This document shows, in pieces, positions 20,756 to 29,476 of a stretch of DNA of 30,522 nt. The position numbers and the translations under genes were made by a program. Source of the DNA: a bacterium (GTDB lineage: Bacteria > CALINM01); NCBI GenBank assembly GCA_041640455.1, contig JBEQAF010000017.1:1-30522 (forward strand), given 5' to 3'. The first letter of the stretch is position 1. The number at the start of each line of letters is the position of its first letter. The notes beneath the pieces were generated by a model. It was not told the origin of the DNA. It ran no database searches and saw only the letters and a list, made by a program, of their open reading frames with translations.

Positions 20756-21715
20756 ATGAAGATACTTGTTACTGGTGGAGCTGGATTTATCGGCAGTCAT
20801 GTGGTAGATGGCTATATTAAAAAGGGTCATCAGGTTGTAGTGCTTGATGACCTTTCTTCAGGCAAATGGGAAAATATAAATAAAAAGGCTAAATTTTATC
20901 TTGCCGACGTAAGAAACAGAGAGCTGCTGGAGAGGATATTTGAAAAAGAGCGCTTTGATATTGTAAACCATCATGCTGCTCAGATAAGCGTACCCATGAG
21001 CGTTCAAAATCCTGTGCTTGATGCGGATATTAATGTTACAGGTTTTCTAAATATTCTGGAACTTTCAGTTAAATACAAAATTAAAAAGGTCATCTTCATA
21101 TCAAGTGGCGGTGCTTTATATGGTGAAGCTGAGGAGTATCCCACATCGGAGACCTATCCACCTAAACCTTTATCTCCCTATGCTATAACAAAATATGTTT
21201 CGGAAAACTATCTTTATTTTTATCATAACCAGTATGGGCTGGACTATACGGTTTTGAGATATGCCAATGTGTATGGACCAAGACAGATCCCTCATGGAGA
21301 GGCTGGTGTAGTTAGCATATTTATGACCAGACTTTATGAAAACAGGGATTGTACCGTCTACGCCTATAGCGATGAGCCTGAAGGGATGAAAAGGGACTAT
21401 GTGTATGTTGAAGATGTGGCTAAAGCAAATATTTATGCCCTGAATAAGGGATCCCTCGAGGCAATAAATATTGGTACTGGAGTGGCTACCTCAACTCTTG
21501 ATCTCTTCAACAAGGTTTACCATACCCTGAGTAAACATATTAAGCTTAATAGGTCTCTTAAAAATCCTAAAAAAGACAGGGAAAGACCAGGAGATATTAG
21601 AAGAAGCTGTCTTAACATATCAAAGGCAAAGAAAATTCTTAACTGGAAACCTGAAAATAGCATTGATGAAGGTTTGAAAAAAACCGCCCGATGGTTTCTT
21701 AGTGAAAAAAGATAG
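20756..21715 (+). CDS. NAD-dependent nucleotide-sugar epimerase/dehydratase (UDP-glucose 4-epimerase-like extended SDR)
   Basis: The likely start is ATG 20756 after AAAGGTG. Motifs TGGAGFIG, SSGGALYG, YAITK, RYANVYGPRQ and RDYVYV. Confidence 0.9.
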   Translation: MKILVTGGAGFIGSHVVDGYIKKGHQVVVLDDLSSGKWENINKKAKFYLADVRNRELLERIFEKERFDIVNHHAAQISVPMSVQNPVLDADINVTGFLNILELSVKYKIKKVIFISSGGALYGEAEEYPTSETYPPKPLSPYAITKYVSENYLYFYHNQYGLDYTVLRYANVYGPRQIPHGEAGVVSIFMTRLYENRDCTVYAYSDEPEGMKRDYVYVEDVAKANIYALNKGSLEAINIGTGVATSTLDLFNKVYHTLSKHIKLNRSLKNPKKDRERPGDIRRSCLNISKAKKILNWKPENSIDEGLKKTARWFLSEKR

Positions 21716-22319
21716 CTCTCAGAAATTACATACTTTACTTTTTGTATCTGTTATAGTTATTCTTTCGCTGTCATTTATAAACCCCTACAACAGGACAGTC
21801 TGGTTTCTTGAGGTCTTTCCCGTAATTGCTGGACTGATAATACTTTTTTTAACATACAAAAGTTTTAGATTAACCAATCTTTCCTGCTGGATTATCTTTA
21901 TTCACTGTCTCATTCTTATATGGGGTGGATATCATACCTATTCAAGAAATCCGCTCTTTGAATATTTTAAAGAGACCTTTGATCTTTCACGGAATCATTA
22001 TGACAGGCTTGGTCATTTTATACAGGGTGTTACGCCTGCAATATTAAGTAGAGAGATTTTAATTAGAAAAGGTGTTTTGAAGGACAACGGCTGGATGTTT
22101 TTTATCTCAGTTACAATATCTCTTGCTATAAGCGCATTTTATGAGTTTATTGAATGGTGGATAGCAATCCTATCAGAAAAAGAAGCCCATGAGTTTTTAG
22201 CTACTCAGGGCGATATCTGGGATACCCAGTGGGATATGTTTCTTGCCATGTTAGGTGCCATATTTACAAACGTGTTTTTAAGAAAACTTCACAGAAATGA
22301 GCTTCAGAGACTAAATTAA
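21702..22319 (+). CDS. DUF2238 (YjdF-like) integral membrane protein
   Basis: Motifs WFLE, GG.HTY, RNHYDRLGHF, YEFIEW and FLATQGDIWDTQWDM. Confidence 0.88.
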   Translation: MKKDSSQKLHTLLFVSVIVILSLSFINPYNRTVWFLEVFPVIAGLIILFLTYKSFRLTNLSCWIIFIHCLILIWGGYHTYSRNPLFEYFKETFDLSRNHYDRLGHFIQGVTPAILSREILIRKGVLKDNGWMFFISVTISLAISAFYEFIEWWIAILSEKEAHEFLATQGDIWDTQWDMFLAMLGAIFTNVFLRKLHRNELQRLN

Positions 22320-22976
22320 TAGCTCTGTTTTTAATATACTGTCAAGGTTTTTATAATCAGCAAATCTAAAGGGAACAACTCCAAGAATATCCACATCGGT
22401 TAGCTGGGAAAGGATCTGAAGATTGGTTTTAGAAGCAGGCGTTTCTATCCCATCATTGTCGTTCAGTATAATGCCTTTAATTTTAATATCTCTTCTTTTA
22501 AGCGCATCAATGCTAAGCAGGCTATGGTTAATGGTGCCAATCCTTAAAGGGGAGATCAGAATTACCTCCAGATTGAGATCTTTTGGGAAATCTATCATAA
22601 AATACTCTTTTGTTACTGGTACCATAAGCCCACCTGCCCCCTCCACAAAAAAAGGCTCTTTTAAATTTCTTATTCTGCAAAAAATATCATCAAGATCTAT
22701 CTCTTTTTTTTCAAGCAGAGTGGCAGTATAGGGAGCAACTGGAGTTTTAAACCTGACAGGACAGATACGCTCAAGCCTTGATAGCTGATCAAGAGCTTTT
22801 GCTATATTTAACCCATCTTCCGGGATTAATTTATCGTTTATTTCCTGGCAGCCTGTTTCAATAGGTTTAATAGCAGAGGGATCGGCTCCTTTGTATCTTA
22901 AGTATTTCAAAATTAGCGTTAAAACATAGGTTTTACCCACACCTGTGTCAGTTGCTGTAACAAAAAAACCCATCAC
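22311..22976 (-). CDS. bioD: Dethiobiotin synthase
   Basis: Motifs TDTGVGKT (P-loop), KPIETG, EGAGGL and GTINH. ATGA overlap with bioA. Confidence 0.95.
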   Translation of the reverse strand: MMGFFVTATDTGVGKTYVLTLILKYLRYKGADPSAIKPIETGCQEINDKLIPEDGLNIAKALDQLSRLERICPVRFKTPVAPYTATLLEKKEIDLDDIFCRIRNLKEPFFVEGAGGLMVPVTKEYFMIDFPKDLNLEVILISPLRIGTINHSLLSIDALKRRDIKIKGIILNDNDGIETPASKTNLQILSQLTDVDILGVVPFRFADYKNLDSILKTELLI

Positions 22977-24313
22977 TCCCCCAGAATCTCAATCATTGAT
23001 TTATACATGGCAGAGACCATAAGGTCAATCTCTGATCTTGATATGGCAAGAGGAGGCATCATAACAAGCACATTGCCGAGCGGTCTTGTTATAACACCAA
23101 ATTTTCTGCAGTTTAACGATATCTGCTGACATATTTTATTCTCAACGGGGAAAACTTCCCTTGTGTATTTGCTTTTAACTATCTCGATTCCCACCATAAA
23201 CCCTTTCTGTCTTACCTCTCCAACATTTTTATGTTTTCTGAATATATTCAGTTTTCTGCTAAGATAAGAGCTGTTTTTCTGCACTTTTTCCACAGTTTTT
23301 TTCTCTTCAAAAAGTTTTAAATTTTCAATAGCTACCGCACATGCAAGCGGATTTCCTGTATAAGTATGCCCATGAAAAAAGGTTTTAAAGTCTTTGTACT
23401 CTCCGAGAAAGGCATTAAAAATATTTTCTTTAGTAGCTGTAACAGCCAGAGGCAGATATCCACCTGTTATTGCTTTAGATAAGCAGATTATATCAGGGCT
23501 TACATGCTCCCATTCGCAGGCAAACATCTTTCCTGTCCTGCCAAAGCCTGTTGCCACTTCATCAAGAATTAGCAGAATACCAAGCTCTTTACAGGCTTTT
23601 GAAATCTCTGATAAAAAACCCTCAAAATGGGTTATCATCCCAGCCGCTCCCTGAACGAGCGGCTCCATAATTACTGCGCATATCTGGTCTTTATGTTTTT
23701 TTAGCACCGACAGGGCTTCCGAAAGACAATCTTTCTCGCAACTTTCAATATCCTTTCCATACTGGCAGCGGTAGCAGTATGGAGAGGGAAGTTTATAGCT
23801 TTCAAATAGAAGAGGTCTATAAAGGCTGTGAAAAAGATCAATACCACCTACGCTTACCGCACCTAAGGTATCTCCATGATAGGAGTTCTCCAGATAAGCA
23901 AATTTAGTTTTTTTCTTAAATCCCATAAGCTGCCAGTACTGAAAAGACATCTTAAGAGCTATCTCAACCGATGTGGAACCGTTATCGGAATAAAAGATCT
24001 TTGTAATCCCTTCTGGCAAGATCCCAACGAGCTTTTCTGCAAGTATTGCCGACGGTTCGTTTGCAAGTCCAAGAAGTGTTGAATGGGCGATCTTCTTTAG
24101 CTGAGCTTTAAGGGCATTATTTAGCCTTGTATTGTTATGTCCATGCACTGTAACCCAGAGAGATGATACGGCATCCAGATATTTGTTTCCATTGGTATCG
24201 TAAAGAAAATTCCCCTTACCTCTTTTAATTACAAGCGGCTCTTCAGATAGCCAGTCCTTCATCTGGGTAAAGGGGTGCCAGATATACTTTTTGTCAAGCT
24301 CAGAAATATTCAT
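22973..24313 (-). CDS. bioA: 7,8-diaminopelargonate aminotransferase (DAPA synthase)
   Basis: Motifs WHPFTQM, SDNGSTSVEIALK, YHGDT, DEVATGFGRTG, PLP lysine SKAITGG and HGHTY. Confidence 0.95.
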   Translation of the reverse strand: MNISELDKKYIWHPFTQMKDWLSEEPLVIKRGKGNFLYDTNGNKYLDAVSSLWVTVHGHNNTRLNNALKAQLKKIAHSTLLGLANEPSAILAEKLVGILPEGITKIFYSDNGSTSVEIALKMSFQYWQLMGFKKKTKFAYLENSYHGDTLGAVSVGGIDLFHSLYRPLLFESYKLPSPYCYRCQYGKDIESCEKDCLSEALSVLKKHKDQICAVIMEPLVQGAAGMITHFEGFLSEISKACKELGILLILDEVATGFGRTGKMFACEWEHVSPDIICLSKAITGGYLPLAVTATKENIFNAFLGEYKDFKTFFHGHTYTGNPLACAVAIENLKLFEEKKTVEKVQKNSSYLSRKLNIFRKHKNVGEVRQKGFMVGIEIVKSKYTREVFPVENKICQQISLNCRKFGVITRPLGNVLVMMPPLAISRSEIDLMVSAMYKSMIEILGE

Positions 24314-24323
24314 AAAATTTCTC

Positions 24324-25484
24324 CTAATTGAGATGGCTTGATAACAGTTTTATTAATCTGTCTATCTGCTCTTCTGTATGGTCAGAAGTAATACTAATTC
24401 TTATTCTTGCTGTGCCTCGAGGGACTGTGGGAGGTCTTATTGCCTTAACATATATCTGATTTTTTAAAAGTCCATAAGCTACATTCATTGCAATTTCACT
24501 ATCTCCGAGAATAATGGGCGTTATATGAGATGGAATATCTGAGGTCTTTATATTAAACTTTTTCAGCAGACTGTGGATATACAAAGCTCTATCTTTAAGC
24601 CTCTTTATTCTATCTGGCTCCCTTTTTATAACATCTATTGCTGCCATGAGCCCGGCAGGAATTGAAGGTGGAAGTGCCGTACTGTATATAAAACCTCTAC
24701 ATCGGTTTATAAGATAATCTCTTACATATCGGGGGCAGCAAAAAAAAGCCCCTCCCACCCCAAGCGCTTTACCGCCTGTGCCCAGAACAAAGATATAATC
24801 CTTTTTTATGCCAAAAAACTCTTCAGTGCCTCTTCCATGTTCACCCATAACACCTGTTGAATGGGCATCATCAACAATTACCACCGCATCATATCTTTCA
24901 GCAAGCTCACAGATATGGGGAAGATCGGCTATATCTCCATCCATACTGAATACGCCATCGGTAATTATGGCTTTTTTTCTCTCCTCACTGGATTTCAGCA
25001 GATCCTCCAGCTGATTCATATCATTATGCCTGTAAACATAAACTCTGGCTTTGCTTAGCCTGCAACCATCTATAATACTTGCGTGATTAAGCTCATCACT
25101 TATTATGGCATCATTTTCACCAAAAAGGGTTGAGATAACCGAAAGGTTTGCCTGATATCCCGAATTAAATATGAGTGCCGACTCTTTACCTTTAAAAGCT
25201 GCAAGAGCTGTTTCAGCCTGTTCAAAGATCTCAAGATTGCCTGAGATTAGTCTTGAAGCTGATGCTGATGTGCCATATTTTTCTGTAGCTTCTGACATAG
25301 CTTTTTTAATAATCTGGTGTCCGTTTAATGCCAGATAGTTGTTGGAAGAGAAATTCAGGTACTCCTTACCGTCAATCTTTATAACAGGAAAGTCTCCGCC
25401 GTTCAGAATATCCATTTTTCGCAGCAAACTCTTGCTGCTTAACTCTTTTAACTCCTCTAATATCAGCTCTTTAAATCTTTTCAA
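24324..25484 (-). CDS. bioF: 8-amino-7-oxononanoate synthase
   Basis: Motifs SSNNYL, ASRLISG, NHASIIDG, FSMDGD, DDAH, PLP lysine GKALG and IRPPTVP. TTG start. Confidence 0.94.
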   Translation of the reverse strand: MKRFKELILEELKELSSKSLLRKMDILNGGDFPVIKIDGKEYLNFSSNNYLALNGHQIIKKAMSEATEKYGTSASASRLISGNLEIFEQAETALAAFKGKESALIFNSGYQANLSVISTLFGENDAIISDELNHASIIDGCRLSKARVYVYRHNDMNQLEDLLKSSEERKKAIITDGVFSMDGDIADLPHICELAERYDAVVIVDDAHSTGVMGEHGRGTEEFFGIKKDYIFVLGTGGKALGVGGAFFCCPRYVRDYLINRCRGFIYSTALPPSIPAGLMAAIDVIKREPDRIKRLKDRALYIHSLLKKFNIKTSDIPSHITPIILGDSEIAMNVAYGLLKNQIYVKAIRPPTVPRGTARIRISITSDHTEEQIDRLIKLLSSHLN

Positions 25485-27321
25485 GTCCCTTGAGCTCCAG
25501 ATAAGCCTCTTTGTTGTCAGGGTTTAGATTAAGCACCTTTTTGAAGCAGATTCTGGCATCCTCTATCTTTCCCTCAAGTCTGTTTAAAATACCAAGATAA
25601 TAATAAGCTTTCTCATAATAGGGATTAACGTATATGGCACGTTCGAGTGCTTTTCTGGCATCCTTAAAATATCCATCCCCTTCAGAGTTTTTAAGATAAA
25701 TGCTGGCGATAGCATAGCCAACCAGATATTCCGGCTCTCTATCGTTTAACTTTACCGATTCGGTAAGATGAATACGGGCATTTTTATAATCCCTTCTTCT
25801 AAGAAAAAACTCGCCCTTTTTGAAAGCTATCTCCGCATTTACAATTTTTTCCGTATTATCCATCATATCTTTAATGATGGGGGATTTAATGGTCTCATCA
25901 TAGCTTTCTCTGGAAGATTTGTCAGATAGCACGTCATAGGCTACCTGAATTATCTGAAAGGTTTCGTTTATCTTTTGCTGAAGCTCTCTGGTAAGATGAA
26001 CATGCCCATATCTATCAGGATGATATTTCTTAACCAGCTCAAGATATCTTTTCTTTATCTCCTTTTCATTGGCAGAAAAATCAACTCCCAGTACCTCATA
26101 ATAGTTTTTCCCTTTAAAATAAATATAATCCTTCATTATGGACTCTTTTATCTCCATCATTTTTGGATTTGCCCACATAGAGATATTTCTGGCTGTCTCC
26201 ATATCATCAGCAAAGGTTATCATATTAAGTGATACCAGTATCTCCATAACCCTGAAAACCATATTATAATCCTTTACAAACCTTTCCAGAAGCTCCATAA
26301 GCCTTACGGGCTCTTCCATAAAGTTAAGTATCTCTTTCTCCGTGTATTCAAAGGGGATCTTGTCTTTCAATAGAGTAAAATTTTCCTTTATGGCAATATA
26401 TTTTTCCTTAAAGTCAACATATCTGTTCATCAACAACCCGATAGGCGAGTATCTTTTTATCCCGTCGTAAATGAGATAATAGATATCAATTTTTGGATAG
26501 GAAAAGTTAAATCCCTCGGGCTCTTCCTTAACTATTAGATACTCAGCCTGCTCCTTTGAAAAGAAATAAACCAGCTTTGTATAAAACTGCTCTCTAATGG
26601 CTTCGGCTATCTCAGATGGTTTCAAAATATTTAATGAGATTAACACCTCTCCATGCCTTTTTCCTTCCTTAACCATCATATCAAGGGATCTTATATAATC
26701 CTCTTCCGAGAGCAAACCTTTTTTTAGCAAGATCCTTCCGAGTGTAAACTGGATCTTATTGAATTTTACATCTATGGGCTGACCATCAAAAAATTTTATA
26801 ACCGCCTTATCAGAGAGGCTTTCTATAATAAGCTTGCCAGAAAAACCTGTTTCATAAAGCTCAAAAAGAACCGATCCATAACCTTTAGTTTTAAAATCTC
26901 CTTTGCTCACATCTTTAAATCCGATCTTCTGCTCCTTGTTTATGTCCTGAGAGGTTTTTATTACAAAATTGATCTGATTGATAATACAGACCGGGTGGAT
27001 ATTTTTTAAAGCAATGTCATCCGGATAGTTTCTTGTGGTGAACTGGTTTTTTATGTCCTTTAACTCTTGAATATGACCTGCCAGAAGAATATAAGGCATG
27101 TTGTTTTTGTCGTTTGAGGTTCTTATGGCTTCAATAATTGCCAGTGAGCTTTTGTATTCACAGTCCATAATAAGGGCTTTGCAGTTTATTTTTGAAATAG
27201 AGGCAATGGACAGGTTATTTTTAAAAAAATCAATAAGCTCCAGATCTTCACTCAAAGAGCTCATTAGTTGATTAAAAAAAGCCTCATCTTTTCCCACATA
27301 AACTATACAGTTTTTTGTCAT
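25471..27321 (-). CDS. Multidomain J-domain protein: receiver-like, DUF4388/PatA_N-like, MshEN-like, DnaJ J-domain and TPR
   Basis: The J-domain NYYEVLGV...LVKKYHPDR...AYDVLSD...YD is clear, and three C-terminal TPRs follow it. The N-terminal domains are recognised only by weaker motif similarity. SD AGGGGAG. Confidence 0.75.
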   Translation of the reverse strand: MTKNCIVYVGKDEAFFNQLMSSLSEDLELIDFFKNNLSIASISKINCKALIMDCEYKSSLAIIEAIRTSNDKNNMPYILLAGHIQELKDIKNQFTTRNYPDDIALKNIHPVCIINQINFVIKTSQDINKEQKIGFKDVSKGDFKTKGYGSVLFELYETGFSGKLIIESLSDKAVIKFFDGQPIDVKFNKIQFTLGRILLKKGLLSEEDYIRSLDMMVKEGKRHGEVLISLNILKPSEIAEAIREQFYTKLVYFFSKEQAEYLIVKEEPEGFNFSYPKIDIYYLIYDGIKRYSPIGLLMNRYVDFKEKYIAIKENFTLLKDKIPFEYTEKEILNFMEEPVRLMELLERFVKDYNMVFRVMEILVSLNMITFADDMETARNISMWANPKMMEIKESIMKDYIYFKGKNYYEVLGVDFSANEKEIKKRYLELVKKYHPDRYGHVHLTRELQQKINETFQIIQVAYDVLSDKSSRESYDETIKSPIIKDMMDNTEKIVNAEIAFKKGEFFLRRRDYKNARIHLTESVKLNDREPEYLVGYAIASIYLKNSEGDGYFKDARKALERAIYVNPYYEKAYYYLGILNRLEGKIEDARICFKKVLNLNPDNKEAYLELKGLEKI

Positions 27322-27331
27322 CTTCTCCCCT

Positions 27332-28315
27332 TTAAAATTTTACTTTAAGCCCCAGATCCTCAATCATCTCCTTATCAAGCTCCGAATCTCTTCCGCTGGT
27401 GGTAAGATAATTGCCTGTCATAAGGGAATTACAACCAGCCACCAGTCCGAGAGGCAGAAGCTGTCTAAGGTTTTTCTCTTTGCCCCCACAAAGCTTTATA
27501 TCTTTGTCAGGTAAAATATACCTAAAAATTGCAATTGTTACAAGAATTTCTATAGGAGAGAGGGAGGGCTGGTTCTCAAGAGGAGTTCCTTTTATGGGGT
27601 TTAAAATATTCAGAGGGATTGAATCTACATCAAGCTCTCTTAATGTTAAAGCAAGCTCAATACGGTGCTCTATGGTCTCCCCAAGACCTATGATACCGCC
27701 CGAGCATACGGACAATCCTGCTTCTTTTGCATATCTTATAGTATTAACATCCTCTTCGTAATCGTGGGTTGAACATATATTTTTAAAAAAACTTCGGGCA
27801 GTTTCCAGATTATGATGATATCGGTATAATCCTTTCTCTTTAAGCCTTTTTGCCTCATCCTTTGTCAGTATGCCTAATGATGCACAGGGCTTAATGTTTA
27901 GCTCTAAAATTTTTTCAATAGCTTTATATATCTCGTCCCATTCCTTTTCAGAGCTAATTCTGGTGCCACTGGTTACGATGCCAAACATATGAACAGCCTG
28001 TTCTTCAGCCTTTCTGGCACTTTCTACCATCTTTTCAGATGCGATAAGCGGATAGCTCTGAACGCCTGTATTATAGTAAGCAGACTGGGCGCAAAATTTG
28101 CAGTCCTCAGCACATCTGCCAGATTTAGCATTTACAATACTGCACAGGTTAACATTTTTATCTTTAAAATACTCCCTGATCTCATTGGCAAAGGCAAAAA
28201 GAAAAAAAGGCTTTTCCATACCTATATGATATAGCTTCAATGCCTCCTCGGTGGTTATAACCTGCCTGCTTATGCTTTTATTCTTCATCTGGTTAAGAAA
28301 ATCAATAAAACTCAT
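27332..28315 (-). CDS. bioB: Biotin synthase
   Basis: Radical SAM CAEDCKFC in NAKSGRCAEDCKFCAQS, plus YHHNLET, CSGGIIG and GNYLTT. The start is reassigned to ATG 28315 after SD GGAGG; the listed TTG at 28405 lies in the -35/operator. Confidence 0.96.
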   Translation of the reverse strand: MSFIDFLNQMKNKSISRQVITTEEALKLYHIGMEKPFFLFAFANEIREYFKDKNVNLCSIVNAKSGRCAEDCKFCAQSAYYNTGVQSYPLIASEKMVESARKAEEQAVHMFGIVTSGTRISSEKEWDEIYKAIEKILELNIKPCASLGILTKDEAKRLKEKGLYRYHHNLETARSFFKNICSTHDYEEDVNTIRYAKEAGLSVCSGGIIGLGETIEHRIELALTLRELDVDSIPLNILNPIKGTPLENQPSLSPIEILVTIAIFRYILPDKDIKLCGGKEKNLRQLLPLGLVAGCNSLMTGNYLTTSGRDSELDKEMIEDLGLKVKF

Positions 28316-28376
28316 AGTACCTCCATAAAAATATAATCTCTCGGAAATAGGAACAGAAATATTTTTTATGTAATGT

Positions 28377-28405
28377 ATATTAAATTCAGAAAGAGATATT
28401 GTCAA
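28377..28405 (-). promoter_or_regulatory. Sigma70 promoter of the bio operon
   Basis: Minus strand TTGACA (28405-28400), 17 bp, TAATAT (28382-28377). Confidence 0.7.
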
Positions 28406-28432
28406 CCCAAATATCTTTTTAGGTTAACAAAA
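28397..28432. promoter_or_regulatory. BirA (biotin repressor) operator
   Basis: TTGTCAAC-N16-GTTAACAA (28399-28430) fits the BirA consensus wwTGTtAAC-N14-16-GTTaACAww. One half-site contains the bioB -35. Confidence 0.85.
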
Positions 28433-28449
28433 TTTAAGAAGATTAAATA

Positions 28450-29472
28450 TTATCTTAGCTCCTTGTCGGCAAAGCCTATGAGCTTCTGCATTTTAGTATA
28501 TAGCTTCTCAAACTCTTTAAAATTTAATGACTGGGGACCATCAGAAAGAGCTTTTTCAGGTTCTGGATGTACCTCTATCATTACGCCATGTGCACCCGCG
28601 ATGATTGAGGCAAGAGCCATCGGCGGAACCAGCTTGCTTTTGCCAGTGGCGTGGCTGGGGTCATAGATAACCGGCAGATGCGAAAAGCCCTTAACCAGCG
28701 GTATAACTGAAAGGTCTGATGTATTTCTGGTAGCATTTTCAAAAGTTCTTATCCCTCTTTCACAGAGAATCACGTTCGGATTACCTTCAAGCAGTATATA
28801 CTCTGCCGATGCCAGCCATTCTTCCACCGTTGCAGAAAGACCTCTTTTTAAAACTACAGGTTTTTTTATTCTGCCCACCTCTTTAAGCAGGTCAAAGTTT
28901 TGCATATTTCTGGCACCTATCTGTATTATATCTACCTTCTCAACAGCCAGATTAAGATGCTCAGGGCTCATAACCTCAGTTATGGTATTAATTCCAACCT
29001 CTTTCTTTACCTGGTATAGTATATCAAGCCCTTTCTCCCTTAGCCCCTGAAAGCTGTGCGGGCTTGTCCTTGGTTTGTATGCACCACCTCTAAGGATCTT
29101 TACACCCAGCTCTTTAAGAAACTTTGCGGTTTTAAATATCTGCTCCTCGCTCTCTACCGCGCAGGGACCTGCAATTAAAACAAAGGGGCTTTTTCCACCA
29201 ACCTTAATGTCAGAAGATATCTTTATAACCGTATCTTGTGGATGGAAATCTCTGCTTACCAGTTTATATGGCTTGGTAACGTGAATAATCTCCAGTATCC
29301 CTTTTAAACCTCTAAACGGGGCATCATCCACCCAGCCCTGATTTCCTATTACTCCAATGGCTGTTCTCTCAGCTCCAGGAATGGCAACCGGCTTAAGCCC
29401 CAGCTTCTCTATAGTCTTTTTAACCATAAGGATATCTTTTTCTGTAGCGCTATGGTGCATTACAATGAGCAT
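28450..29472 (-). CDS. aroF: DAHP synthase, type I-beta, with an N-terminal ferredoxin-like/ACT regulatory domain
   Basis: Motifs IAGPCAVES, RGGAYKPRTSP, QIGARNMQN, CERGIRTFE, DPSH and SDGPQ, plus an N-terminal ~65-aa regulatory extension. Confidence 0.93.
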   Translation of the reverse strand: MLIVMHHSATEKDILMVKKTIEKLGLKPVAIPGAERTAIGVIGNQGWVDDAPFRGLKGILEIIHVTKPYKLVSRDFHPQDTVIKISSDIKVGGKSPFVLIAGPCAVESEEQIFKTAKFLKELGVKILRGGAYKPRTSPHSFQGLREKGLDILYQVKKEVGINTITEVMSPEHLNLAVEKVDIIQIGARNMQNFDLLKEVGRIKKPVVLKRGLSATVEEWLASAEYILLEGNPNVILCERGIRTFENATRNTSDLSVIPLVKGFSHLPVIYDPSHATGKSKLVPPMALASIIAGAHGVMIEVHPEPEKALSDGPQSLNFKEFEKLYTKMQKLIGFADKELR

Positions 29473-29476
29473 ATAC

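Noticed and set aside
21600..21715. yjdF riboswitch upstream of the DUF2238 gene
   Set aside because: The gene overlaps the epimerase CDS, leaving no leader for a riboswitch.
22311..22319. Convergent 9-nt overlap of the DUF2238 gene and bioD as a functional link (e.g. a biotin transporter)
   Set aside because: Tail-to-tail overlaps are common in compact genomes. The protein lacks BioY features and lies on the opposite strand from the BirA-controlled operon.
28316..28405. N-terminal 30-aa extension of bioB
   Set aside because: It runs through the promoter and operator. The SD GGAGG precedes ATG 28315.
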